Shown piece by piece: positions 26,941 to 38,867 of a DNA stretch of 64,000 nt (position 1 is its first letter; every line of letters begins with the position of its first letter). The DNA is taken from contig NC_086101.1 in assembly GCF_963921235.1 (NCBI RefSeq), forward strand, positions 6,574,001 to 6,638,000, in the 5' to 3' direction. The DNA is from Mobula hypostoma (taxonomy: Eukaryota). A program made the position numbers and the translations under genes. A model generated the notes under the pieces. The model had not been told where the DNA came from. It did not search any database and saw only the letters and a list, made by a program, of their open reading frames with translations.

Positions 26941-27354
26941 GAAGGACCACAGTTTAACGTTCATCACCCGTAGGAGGGGGAGAGGTTGGGTGAGGGGGAG
27001 GGGTTGGGTGGGGAGGAGACCTACCCTCATCAGCGGTGTGGACAGAGAACCAACATGGTGCCCAAGGAGTGGGTGGAATCGTTAATTTGGGAAAGTATTA
27101 GAGCCATTGCCTGCCTTTATTGTTGAAAATTTTGATTGTTAATGTTTTAACTCTTGACCAAGGGTTGAGAGTAAACGCATGATTTACTGTAAACATCTTT
27201 CATTTGTAAATGAACAGAGAGTCAACGAAAAATTTTATTGTTAATAATTGTATTGAATAAGGACTTACAGTCAACGAATGGTTTTCTTTTCTTGTATGTA
27301 ATTATTTTTATTTTGTAATATTTCTGAATAAAGTATTTTTTGGGGGGAAAAAAA
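26941..27354 (+). mobile_element. Tx1-clade LINE, short 3'-end copy (ORF2 last codons, 3' UTR, poly-A)
   Basis: Diverged direct repeat of 29880-30273, with its own AATAAA and A-tail. Confidence 0.9.
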
Positions 27355-27364
27355 GGCTGTTCTC

Positions 27365-30273
27365 AATTACAGTACATGAGGAGGTTCTTCATCCGCTAGG
27401 GTACCCAGAAAGCAACGCAGGAGCAGAGGGAACTGCGTAAACTCCAGACAGAGTTGCAGCAACTTCTCCTTCTGCAGTCGAAGGGGGTGGATGTCAGGGA
27501 GGAATTGCTAGAGGCGAAGGGCGGGCAAGTCCGGCACCTCGCCGCCGAATCCTCCAAGATCATCTTCCGATCAAGAGTCCAAACCGTGGAGCAGGACGAG
27601 ACGTGCTCACGTTTCTTCTTCCAAAAGGTGCACAGGGGGAGCTCTGTGATCCACAACCTTAAGGAAGAGGACGGCTCAGTCGCGTCCTCGCACACCGACA
27701 TACTGAGGATCTGCAAGTCCTTCTATGCCGGTCTGTACGACGAAAAGGCCACAGAATCCACAGCCTCCCGCAACTTCCTGTCGTCTATCACGCAGGTCTT
27801 AGACGACGGCAAGCGGGAGAGTCTGGATCAGCCACTGACCCTGGACAAGTTGACAGGCTCCATCCGTTCCTTTGGGTCAGGTAAAACCCCCGGAGGCGAC
27901 GCCCTACCGGCTGAGTTGTACTCGGCTCTGTGGAACTGGATGGGCCCAGACCTGCTGGAAGTGTACAACGCTATGCTTCTGGCCGGCAGTATGTCAGAGT
28001 CCATGAGGAAGGGCATCATCACCCTCATCTGCAAGCAGAAGGGGGAAAGGGAGGACATTAGGAATTGGAGACCCATCTCTCTCCTGAATATGGACTACAA
28101 GATCCTGTCCAAGGCTATCGCCAACACGGCCAAGTCTGCTCTGGGACAGGTGATCCACCCAGACCAAACCTGTGCTGTTCCGGGCAGGAAGATCTCGGAC
28201 AGCCTCGCGCTGCTGAGGGACACCATCGCCTACGTGCAGGACAGGAGGGTGGACGCCTGCCTGGTCAGCTTGGACCAGGAGAAAGCCTTGGACAGGATAT
28301 CGCACACGTACATGGCGGACGTGCTCTCCAAAATGGGATTTGGGGAAGGAATCCGGAATTGGATCAGACTGCTCTACACAGACATCCGTAGTGCAGTACA
28401 GGTCAACGGTTGGGAAACAGACAGCTTCCCCATCAGGTCTGGAGTCAGGCAGGGCTGTCCCCTCTCCGCTGTCTTGTTTGTCTGCTGCATAGAACCCTTT
28501 GCCGAGGCTATCAGGAGGGATGAGGGCATAAGAGGGGTGACGCTGCCAGGCAGTGGAGGGACCCAAGTGAAAATCTCCCTGTACATGGACGACGTCGCCG
28601 TCTTCTGCTCTGATCCGAGGTCAGTTCGCAGGTTGATTGCGATCTGCGAACTGTTCGAGGTAGCGTCGGGGGCCAGGGTCAACCGCACGAAGAGCGAAGC
28701 CATGCTCTTCGGCAACTGGCCCGACCGATCCAGCGTCCCCTTCACCATCAGGTCTGACCACGTGAAGGTGTTGGGGATCTGGTTCGGAGGGGCGGAGGCG
28801 TGCAACAAGAACTGGCAGGAGCGGACTGCCAAGGTGAAACAGAAACTGGGACTGTGGGGAGGACGTTCCCTGTCGATAACGGGCAAGAACCTGGTCATCA
28901 GGTGTGAGGTGCTCTCAGGGCTGCTGTACTTGGCGCAGGTCTGGCCCGTCCCCGGCTCCTACAGCTCGGAAATCACCCGAGCTGTCTTCAGATTCGTCTG
29001 GGGATCCAAGATGGAACGGGTCAGACGGACCGTCATGCAGAAGTTCCTGGACAATGGGGGCAAGAACGTCCCCAATGGCCAGCTTCGTGTGTGGCTGCAT
29101 CAGGCTGTGCGTGGATCCCAGATACGTGGGCATAAAGTACTACTATGTGCCCAGATTTTACCTGTCGCCCTGGCTACGAAGGATGGGTCTGGCCCCTTTC
29201 CCACGCAACACCCCTGTCAGCTGGTCGTTGCCGCCATACCTATCCTTCGTGGAAAAATTCTTCAAGGCCAACGCCTTTGACCACAGGGCCATTAGACAGT
29301 GGTCGGCACGTAATGTCCTGCAGGCACTGCAGGAGAAGGACGTGATGGACACAGTGGGGTGGTTCCCTGAGCAGACCGTCCAGTTCATCTGGCAAAATGC
29401 CTCATCGCCAGATCTCACCAACGGGCACAAAGACCTCGCCTGGCAGGCGGTGAGAGGGGCCCTCCCAGTCAGATCCCTCCTGTACGCCCGGAACGGTTCC
29501 TCCACACCCCACTGCCCACGGGAGGACTGTAATGGGGTGGAGTCGGGGGCTCACCTCTTTGCACACTGTGGGTTCGCGAAGAAGGTGTGGAGGAGAATGG
29601 AAGGGACAGTACTAAGATTCATGCCCAGCAGCTGCGTTACCGAGGACTCGGTGATCTACGGGCTGTTCCCGGGGACGCACACGGAGACCAACATGCGGTG
29701 CTGCTGGCAGATCATCAAATCGGTGAAAGACGCTCTTTGGTCGGCCCGAAACTTGATGGTCTGCCAGCAGATGGAGATGTCCCTGATTGAATGCTGCCGA
29801 CTGGCACACTCTCGTCTGCAGGAGTCCGTGCTGAGGGATGCACTCAAACTTGGTGCGGCCACCGCGAAGGCCCGGTGGGGAAGGACCACAGTTTAAGGTT
29901 TATCACCCGTGGGAATGGGAGGGGTTGGGTGGGGAGGAGACCTACCCTCATCACCGGTGTGGACAGATAATCAACATGGTGCCCAAGGAGTGGGTGGAAT
30001 TGTTAATTTGGGAAAGTATTAGAGCCATTGCCTGCCTTTATTGTTGATAATTTGATTGTTAATAAGTCTTAACTCTTGACCAAGGGTTGAGTGTAAATGC
30101 ATGGTTTATTGTAAACATCTTTCATTTGTAAATAAACAGAGAGTCAACGCATAATTTTTATTGTTAATAATCTAATTGAATAAGGACTCAGAGTCAACGA
30201 ATGTTTTTTTCTTGTATGTAATTAATTTTATTTTGTAACACTTCTGAATAAAGTATTTTTGATTAAAAAAAAA
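27365..30273 (+). mobile_element. Tx1-clade (L1 group) non-LTR retrotransposon, 5'-truncated, ORF2 disrupted
   Basis: ORF 27454..29280 (NWRPISLLN, GVRQGCPLS, LYMDD); frameshift near 29076 into ORF 28904..29896 with the CCHC knuckle 'CPREDC...HLFAHC'; in-frame TAG near 27397; AATAAA and poly-A end at 30273. Confidence 0.93.
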
Positions 30274-30398
30274 GGTTCTCCCAGGATGAGGCTATCCCAT
30301 TGCACTTCGGGTGAGCTGAGGCCTGCGATGTCCCCAAATGCGGGATACTCGACTGCAACATTTGTGGTAGTGGGGGACTGCGTTCGCGCTCTCCCCTG
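30274..30398 (+). ncRNA. RNU1: U1 snRNA, 5'-truncated (about nt 40-164), disrupted by Tx1 insertion; probable pseudogene
   Basis: Colinear with vertebrate U1: 'ggttctcccagg', U1A loop 'cattgcac', 'ctcgactgca', Sm-like 'atttgtgg' and stem-loop IV 'gggggactgcgttcgcgctctcccctg'. The 125 nt match human U1 nt 40-164 in length. Confidence 0.93.
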
Positions 30399-30426
30399 AT
30401 TTCTGATACAAATGACAGATTATAAT

Positions 30427-30590
30427 TCCTATCGCAGTATGAGGAGTACTGGGCGTTTCGTCAGCGCACTTCGGTACTTGACCACTGTGAAGGCCGACGT
30501 GACCTTCCTCCAGGAGTGCGCCTGCCTCGCCTCAGGAGCTATCGAAGGTGGTCACGGTGGTGGTCCCGGGGTTTGTCTGTGTGGCGGTGT
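30427..30590 (+). mobile_element. Tx1-clade ORF2 N-terminal (APE endonuclease) fragment
   Basis: 'RSMRSTGRFVSALRYLTTVKADVTFLQEC', then after a frameshift 'LPRLRSYRRWSRWWSRGLSVW'. Confidence 0.7.
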
Positions 30591-31216
30591 CCTCTGGTCT
30601 TAGACACTCCCAGCAGTGGAATCATTCTCTCCATATCCTCTCTGTCACCATTCGATGTTTCACTGAGGTCAGCCTCATTCTTCTGAATTCCGGAGAATAC
30701 AGGCCCAGAGCTATCAAACTGTCTTCAAATGACAAGCCCTTTAACCCTGGGATCATTTTCATGAACCTCCTATGAACCTCCTCTGAACCCTCCCCAGTTT
30801 CAGCACATCCTTTCTAAGATAAGGGGCACAAAACTGCTCACAATACTCCAAGCGAGGCCTCACCACTGCTTTACATCCTTGCTTTTATATTCTCATCCTC
30901 TTGAAAAAATAAATATTAACATCGCATTTGCCTTCCTCACCACAGACTCAACCGGCAAACTAACCTTTAGGGAATTTCACAAGGACTCCTAGTCCCTTTG
31001 CACCTCGTTTTTTGTATTTCTCTCCATTTAGAAAATAGTCACCCCCTCCATTTCATCTACTAAAGCACTTCCTGAAACTGTCATTTCTTTGCCCATTATC
31101 CTGATCTGTCCAGGTCCTTCTGTAGCCTCTCGACTTCATCAAAACTACCTGCCTCTCCACCTATCGTCTGCAAACTTTTCAACAAAGCTATCAATTCCAT
31201 CATCCGAAACTTGACA
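30590..31216 (-). mobile_element. Decayed CR1 fragment
   Basis: 'EVERLQKDLDR'; nucleotide similarity to the CR1 at 50626-51120. Confidence 0.75.
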
Positions 31217-32092
31217 TGCAAGGATGAAGTCATGGGCTGAAAATCGCAAGGTTCTGTGGAAGCCACAGGGACGATTAACCTTCTAAATGGGCCGGGGCAG
31301 GACAGAGGACTGAACAATCAAGTTGCTGCCGGCAGCCTACGGCCGTCAATGTAAAACCAACAGCTCCTTTAGCTCCCGACGTTGTGCTGTGCCGACTTCT
31401 TAACCCACTCTACTTGATGTAAGTGTAGCTCCCCTGGTAAGTCTCGGGCTCGCTGTCGTCTAGGGGGAGCAGCCTTCGGCCCCGCCAAACTGGGTAATTA
31501 AGTTTGTGTGGATGCTGTGTGATTGTACCCCACCCCGCCCAATAACAGACAATACACCATATATGATTAAATGATTACAGTTTATAGATCTTACTGAAAC
31601 TATGTAATTAAAAGAGATAAAATGTAAAAGGAAAGTAAATGCGCCAAACTTATCAAAGTTCAACCTCTTCGTGCACAACAGTTGACGCTCTAGTAACGGG
31701 GTCATCTTTACACCATTCGATCCCCTCCGACCACCTCGACCCGCCGCCTGGGACCAACCACAGTGGTCGACCAGATACTCCACACGAGTCTGTCTTCGTC
31801 TCCTCTCCTCGCCGAAGACCCTGGACCTCGGAGTCCGTCCCGTCGGCCAGCTCACAGCATCGCGTCCACTCTCTCTGTCCCCATCGCGCCTCCTGCCCAA
31901 AAACCCGCGCATCACAATCGCTTACAGACACACAAGGAACAATAACATCTACCCCAACTGGTTAGCAACTGAATACAACTCTCTCTATAACCCAAACAAG
32001 CTGCTAGCTGGAGAACTTTCTCAGCGGTTAACATAACAAAGAAGCTATTTTGATTAGCCTACGCAGTAACAGAACAGAAGAAACCCCTTACA
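31217..32092. repeat. Possible solo-LTR-like element
   Basis: TG...CA ends with an imperfect short inverted repeat (TGCAAGG / CCTTACA), CpG-rich and non-coding. No TSD found. Confidence 0.3.
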
Positions 32093-32099
32093 CATAAAT

Positions 32100-32445
32100 A
32101 AATAAACAAGCAATAAATATCAAGAACATGAGATGAGGTGTACTTGAAAGTGAGTCCATAGGTTGTGGGAACAGATCAGTGACGGGGCGAGTGAATTGGA
32201 AGTTATCTGAACCAGATCATGTGAGTCCTGATAGCAGCAGTGAGAAGAGAGCCTGAGCTGGGCGGTGGGGCTGTGCTGCTTTCCTGCCACAATGGTCTGT
32301 GTCGATGTGCTCAATGCTGGGGTATTGGTGATTCCATACCAGACTGTGATGCAGCCAGTCAATATGCTCACCACCACACACCTGTATAAGTTTGTCAAGG
32401 TTTTAGATGTTGTGCTAAATGTTCACAAACCCCAGAGGAAGCAAT
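32100..32445 (-). mobile_element. Rex1/Babar-like 3' fragment
   Basis: 'TNLYRCVVVSILTGCITVWYG'. Confidence 0.65.
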
Positions 32446-33284
32446 AGGTGCAGTAATCATTCACTGAGACGATCTCTGCAGTGTCAGAAGGACATCACAG
32501 ATCCGACAATTTTTCTTACAGCTCCCCATCACTAGTCCCCATCCCCTCGTATATCTTCTCTAAATCCCAGCACTAACACCGGTGGTGATCTTGCTTCAGA
32601 CAAAACTCTCCCACTGCACAAAGAAAATGCCCCTTTTTATACCATTTATACCATTATTCCATCAAAGCATAACATAATTATCACCCCAGTATTTTCCTTA
32701 GTTGGGTGGTTGCAGCTGAACTTTCTTATCTCTTACGACCTTCATCCCAGACACAGAATTTCGGAAGAAGGAGACAACGGGTCTGTAAGGAGGAAAACAT
32801 TCTTCATCAGTATTTCATCTTCATGACGTGCAATCAAAAGGGACAAGGCGTTGGTCAATACGTGGGAAAACAAAACGTTACCACATTTCAAACTGACACC
32901 ATTGTGTCTTTGAACTTCCATTTTATTTTGACATGTGCCAAGGAGGAATCACAATTAACTCTTTCCTTACACAGGGAAATGCACCTTCTCCAGTGTCTCC
33001 CGGAGTTGAGGATGACACATTTCCACTGAGGCGACTGATGAGACCAATGTGGGATCTGCAGTGTAGGATTAGTGTAAGGGTGTGGATAACGGTTGATGAG
33101 ATTCGGCCTGTACCTGAGCTGCGTTTTGCACTTCCAACGTGCCTTTTATTCGTAATAAAAATATATACAAAATACTAAACACGGTGTGAATAATATTTTA
33201 CATTCTGAGTGCCATTTGGTCAATCCAGTCGGTCATGTTTAAACCATTGCCACTCAGGTTGTCTCAGAGGTGATGAAACTTTTC

Positions 33285-33400
33285 AATGTTGGCAGCATTC
33301 CCTGACGGACATCTCGCTGTGCTGGGAGACCAACAGGTTTGGGGCGGACCAAAGAGCGTCTCTCACTGAGCTGATGATCTTCCAGCAGCAGTTTCCGTGC
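33285..33400 (-). mobile_element. Tx1-clade ORF2 C-terminal fragment
   Basis: Manual translation 'NCCWKIISSVRDALWSAPNLLVSQHSEMSVRECC' is homologous to ~29690-29800. Confidence 0.75.
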
Positions 33401-33839
33401 TGAATGACTCAATGTCACCGAGCTCACCGGAAACAGGAACATCAGCACTGAGACCGGAAGGTCAAATGTCTCTGCAGGTGAAATATTGCAACCTGCAGGA
33501 ACCCTGACCTGACTTGAGGATCCTGCCTTCTGCAATACGTCACTGTTGTGGAGGGAAGAAGTTGTGTTCAGAGCTCTGCGTGTGCGTGTGTGATTTGCTG
33601 GATGAACTGAGAGATTATCGGGGTGCTGGGAGGGATTACACACATGATTGGAAGAAGTCGGATCAGACAGGTCACTGGGCCTGACTAATCTGCGGAAACA
33701 GAATCAGAATCGGGTTTATTATATCTGTTATATCTGATGTGAAATGTGTTGCTTTGCAGCAGCAGTGCAGTGCACAGACCTAACATCACTATGAATTATA
33801 AAATAAATAGCGCAAGTGAAGGAATAATGGGGTAATCAG

Positions 33840-34145
33840 TGGGAATCAAAGAAGATGGTTGTGGTCTTTGGAGCCGATCATCTCAGCCACAAGACATCTC
33901 TGCAGGAACTCCCCAGGACAGAGTCCTCGGCCCAAACACCCTCAGCTGCTTCATCAACGACCTTCTGTCCATCGTAAGGTCAGAGGTCGGGATGGTCACT
34001 GATGACGACACAATGTTCAGCACCATCTACCACTCCTCAGATAATGAAGCAGCCCACAACACAAATGCAACAAGACCCGGACAATATCCAGGCCTGGGCT
34101 GATAGGTGGCAAGTGACAATCACACCACACAGTGTCAGGCAGTGA
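33840..34145 (+). mobile_element. Old CR1-group RT fragment
   Basis: 'QDISAGTPQDRVLGPNTLSCFINDL...GMVTDD'. Confidence 0.7.
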
Positions 34146-35830
34146 TATCTGAGGAAGGGATCTCTGGGAATCATGAGAATTGGGAAAGTTTATAAAATGT
34201 TTAAACCAGGTTCCTTACAATCTGGGAAATTATGGTAAAATTAATTAGACCAAGGGAGAAGTTCACTGGGAGGTGACGATATGACAGTCAGTACAGTGGT
34301 TAGATTGTGGATGTGTTCAGTCAGCAAGGTGAAGCTCACCGGATTAAAGGTAAACAGGTGGAGGTTGGATTGCAGACCACGGCAGGAGAGTTTATCATCA
34401 GATAAGGAGAGCCACGGCAGGAAACCAGGGTCAGAAATGAAGACAAAGAATTACAGAGAGCATTGGGAAATGTTTGTCAGTCAGATCGAGAGACACCACA
34501 TAGAAATAATCAAAGGTCAAATACTACAGAGAAATGTAGCTTTCTGATGATGTTTAATGAAATCCACATGTCACCATTGTATAACAGGAACCCGTAAGAT
34601 CATTGACTCAGTGGAGTATCTTTGCGATGACACTCGAAGTGTTCCCCGATGTTCACTGTAACAGGGCCTGAATAAACTGTCTTGTTCCCGAAACTCACCA
34701 CTGCTGTCCGGCAGGTTCTTTCTGTGCTGTTCCATCTGAACCATATTTAAGTGGGAGACTGGTCCCCACACCCACAACCCAACCCCCAGTCCCTCTGTCC
34801 CTCGAGCTGCTGTTGTGGAAGCTGCCGGATGAAGACTGTCAGAGAGCAACACACTCAAAACGCTGGAGGAACTCAGGGGCTGTGGAGAGGAGAACAGTCA
34901 TCGTTTCAGACCGAGAACCTTCAACGCTGTTTATTTCTCTCCATATGCTGCCTGACCGGCTGAGTTCCTCCGGTATATTATGTGTGTTGCTCTGGAATTT
35001 CAGCAACTGCAGAATCTCTTGTGTTTGTGAGTGGAGATTCCAGCCCAGTGCCCCTGCTCTCTGGGTCTGACGGGGTTTAGAAGACAGGCAGGGGGAAATC
35101 ATTTCCACACGTGGGTCCTGCTCAGAACAAGCGAGACCGGACCTTTGGAGCCGGGCCTTATGTGGTGAAGTCAAGAAGGGAAATGGAAATCAGGAGTTGA
35201 ATGTTTTCCACACTGTGATGTACAATGTCCAGTCCTGTGGTTGTTCCCGCAGCCACATCTTTGTCATCGCCACAGTATCAGTCTCCTCACAGCAGATTCT
35301 CTCCACATCCCATGTTCCATACCATTAACTGATTTAATAGTTGCTCTAAATTTACATTAATCACTGTTTTTACACCTCATTCTGACTATCTTCAGTCCTG
35401 GAGCTAAACAAAACGAGCTTTTGGAGGAACACCGAGGGTCAGGCAGCATCTGTGGAGAGAAATGGACAATCGACACTTCAGTTCGAGAACCTTCACCTGG
35501 ACTGTCTCTACCCGGAATATCTTCTGACTATTTTCCTCCACAAATGCTGTCTGACCTGCTTAGTTCTTCCAGCAGCTCTCTTTTCCTTCCAGATTCCTGC
35601 ATTTACAGTCCCTTGTGTCTATCTTTTCAGGACTTGCTTCTTCAGTTCTGCTGTAGACTGATCCAAGCTCTTCTCTCCGGCTTTTATCTATGTTCGACTT
35701 GTTTAAAGTGTTTCTGATCCCTGCTGTGGAAATGAACACGATTCCTGCTCACTGAAAAGGAACATTCATTCCCGAGACTGCAGCGCCCCTAGAGGACAAT
35801 CGCGCTACCGCAGGCGTTCAGCAGCTCCCC

Positions 35831-35841
35831 GAAAGTGAAAG
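35831..35841 (+). promoter_or_regulatory. ISRE/IRF-E motif GAAAGTGAAAG just upstream of the gene C ATG
   Basis: Exact GAAANNGAAA match about 30 nt before the ATG, followed by an ETS-like CAGGAAGT. Confidence 0.5.
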
Positions 35842-35872
35842 GATCCTGAACCAGGAAGTACCGGGAGTTAAC

Positions 35873-36283
35873 ATGGCTTCGAAAGAACAGCTTGAGAGTT
35901 TAACCAAGGAGGTAATTTGTCCCATCTGCCTGGATTTCTTCACCGATCCGGTGTCACTAGAGTGCGGACACAACTTCTGCCGCTCCTGTATCACACGGTG
36001 TTGGGAAAGGGAGGAGAGAAACTCCTGCCCGGAATGTAGAGAGGAGTTTGCAGACCGCACCCTCAGGGTCAATCGGGCCTTAGCAAATCTGTCTGAGAAA
36101 GCTCGAAAACTAAACTTGAATCCGAAAGAGAAGGAAAGTAAACTTCACTGCGAGGAACATGAGGAAGAACTGAAGCTGTTTTGTGAGACGGACGAGACAC
36201 TGATCTGCCTGATCTGTGCGACTGCGCGGGAACACAAGTCTCACAACTTCATGCCGGTTAACGAAGCCGTTGAAATCTACAAG
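35873..36283 (+). CDS. TRIM gene C exon 1: RING and B-box2
   Basis: MASKEQ...CPICLDFFTDPVSLECGHNFCRSC...CEEHEEELKLFC; 411 nt; AAG|gtaa donor. Confidence 0.95.
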
Positions 36284-36361
36284 GTAAAAGTAACCAGGTT
36301 TTGATCAGCTGTTTACTTAGTTGCATATTTTAGTCTAATTTCTTACCTCTCTGATTTCTAG

Positions 36362-36457
36362 GGCCGAATTAAATCTTCCTTAGACTCTCTCACTAAAAAG
36401 AAATCAGACTTCGAGGAAATGGAGCAACAACAAAAAGAGAAGATTTCTGGAGTTCGG
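36362..36457 (+). CDS. TRIM gene C exon 2 (96 nt)
   Basis: ttctag|GGCCGA...GTTCGG|gtgag; encodes GRIKSSLDSLTKKK...ISGVR. Confidence 0.92.
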
Positions 36458-36873
36458 GTGAGTATCCTGAGCAGAATTTTCAAATTCGCTGTGTAGTTCT
36501 GTTCCATTTAATGCAAAATAGCAGAGTATTGCAGCTCCCGTAACCTGGGGTCGATCCTGACCCCTGGAGCTGTCTGCGTGGAGTTTGCATGTTCTCTCCG
36601 TAACCAGTACCTTCCTTTAGCCGACATTGCGTGGTTGAACGGTAAATTGGCTACTGTAGTTAACCTTGTGATTGTGGGTGGTTTGTGAATCAGGTCGGAG
36701 TTCGTGGGTCAGAGACAGAGTGTATATTTCAGGGAGACGTGGGTGAATGTGATGGAGGGGATTGTTCTGAGAACCAGCAGAGACGTTAATGGGCTGAATG
36801 GTTACCTTCCATGTCAGAAAGAAATACGAAAAACAGCCTCAAATAGTAAACTAACCTCTCCTTTCTTTGACAG

Positions 36874-37107
36874 GAACAATCACACAGCCTTCAGTCCCAG
36901 ATCACATCCCATTTTGCTGAACTGTGCAGGGTTCTCACTGAGAAAGAGCAGCGCGCACTCCGAGATCTCAGGGAAGAAGAGGAGAGGATTCTGGATCCAA
37001 TGGAACAAAATCTTCGAGAGATTCAAGAGAATTTAACTTCTATCCAGGAGGAAATCTCAAAGTTACAGGAACAGATGGATCAACAGGAAAATATCACATT
37101 CCTCATG
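36874..37107 (+). CDS. TRIM gene C exon 3 (234 nt, coiled coil)
   Basis: gacag|GAACAA...CTCATG|gtgag; encodes EQSHSLQSQITSHFAEL...NITFLM. Confidence 0.92.
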
Positions 37108-37724
37108 GTGAGAGATTTCAGTTTGGATTTGTAAAAGTGCACAGTCGCAAAATGATGCATTTTATTGCTAATACTGTAGTTGGAAACTAATTTTCACCAT
37201 GTGGACATCCTGACTGTTCAGGATTGTCATTGTCCCAAACCGGCCTCCCACAACATCTGTACATCACAGGACAGTCTGCAACCTTCTCAGGAATGAGTTA
37301 CTCTGATCGTCGCACTGAGCTGGTGATCGTTTCTGTGATACCCACGTATAATATCCCCTGATACTCAGAGTAACACCCAGTTACAGTCACAGGCTGTGAG
37401 TGTGCTTCTGATATCCTTTTCACCACATTTCATGTTGGATTTGTTAACAACCAAATGATGTTTTATCTTTGACTTTTTGTCTCGTAAAAACAGACTCACT
37501 CCCACCACATCAAATCCATTTGGAATGTTAAATTGCTTCATCTGATCCTCCCTGACATCATATCCAGATAAAAATAGACAACCTGTCCAGTCTCTCCTGT
37601 AAGTTCAATCCTCCCAGTTAAGGTATAATTTTCAAAAACATTCATTGTACTTGCTCCCGTGATTCTGTGTTCCTCTTTCGCTATGTGTGTCAGTAGGAGT
37701 GAGTTTAGTGGGAGTTTTCAAAGT

Positions 37725-38540
37725 TTCAAAAAGGTACACTTAATGTCAGAGAAATGTTTACAATATACATCCTGAAATTCTTTTTCTTCACAAACATCCA
37801 CAAAAACAATGGCGTGTCCCAAAGAATGAATGAGTTAACTGTTAGAACCCCAAAACCCCCCAGCTCCCCTTCCCTCGCATAGGCAGCAGCAAGGCAACGA
37901 CCACCCCTCCCCCACCAGCAAAAAAGCATCAACACCCTCCCCCGAGCACTCAAGCGTGCAGCAAAGCACGAATAAAGACACAGACTTGCAGTACCCCAAA
38001 GACTACTCATTCACCCAGTGATTCAACATAACACAGGCTCTCTCTCCCTGAAAAAGGAAAAAGAGGTGACCCGTTTTACAGCGAGAGGGGAGACATAACA
38101 AACAACTCACTGATTTACGATGTTAAAAGTCTGTTGCATTGTTTTTTTCAAGCTCTGTGCCAAAGGAACTCAGGTCTCGTGTCACACAGCTAGCAGCCAG
38201 CTTGTTTCTTTCGATCTTCCATCTCCCACAACACACCGATTCCCCGCAGAGACAACGACATCGAGTCCACCCACTTCCAGAGCCACATAATCTCGGAACT
38301 TGAAGGCGTGCTAGTCTTCCAGGCCACGTCCTTGATATATCAAACAGCGGCCAGTCGTGAGACCCCGACAGTGGGTCTTATTCCCGTAAAGAAGCGAAGG
38401 CAGCGTGTAACTCCAGGTCAGGGTCTTCAAAAGAACCCTGAAAGGGAAAAGTAGAGATACTAACGATAGAAATAAAGCTGTTTCCGAAGATGCGATCAAA
38501 GCAGTCGCCGTTAGTCGCCATCATCCTCCTCAGCTCCCAG
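37725..38540 (-). repeat. Unclassified ~800-bp interspersed repeat, related to 15380-16170
   Basis: Colinear shared blocks with the copy in gene B intron 5; (TTTGAAA)-like tail at ~37716-37730. Confidence 0.6.
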
Positions 38541-38629
38541 CAGCTTTTAATAACTTGGCTCAGATCCCTGCTATTGCAATGCCAATGGTCAGTCTCAGTC
38601 AGCTGAGATCTGTGTTTGATTTATTTCAG

Positions 38630-38652
38630 GAGGAAGCTCGTCGGAAGAGAAG
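38630..38652 (+). CDS. TRIM gene C exon 4 (23 nt)
   Basis: tttcag|GAGGAAGCTCGTCGGAAGAGAAG|gtagg. Confidence 0.9.
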
Positions 38653-38748
38653 GTAGGACATGGTCTTTACTGAAACTCTGTATGGATTTCTAAAATAGTT
38701 CAAATATTACTGATACTCAGTTTATAACTACATGTATAATATTTACAG

Positions 38749-38867
38749 GATCAGTGATGATGCCCAGACATTGTCAGTGACAGATGGTGCCCTACTGTCT
38801 GAAAAATTCTATCACCCCTATTTGTTCGACATAACGTTGGGAGAAGCGTTTGATGGTATTAAGCAAG
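38749..38867 (+). CDS. TRIM gene C exon 5 (119 nt)
   Basis: tttacag|G ATC AGT...AAGCAAG|gtaa; encodes ISDDAQTLSVTDGALLSEKFYHPYLFDITLGEAFDGIKQ. Confidence 0.9.

Noticed and set aside
26941..30273. RT ORF flanked by ~400-bp direct repeats, resembling an LTR retrotransposon
   Set aside because: The repeats lack TG...CA ends, each ends in AATAAA plus poly-A, and the RT is L1/Tx1-type with no integrase or protease. Tandem non-LTR copies explain the arrangement better.
35779..35797. CTCF-like motif upstream of gene C
   Set aside because: It is one G short of the core spacing and cannot be supported from sequence alone.
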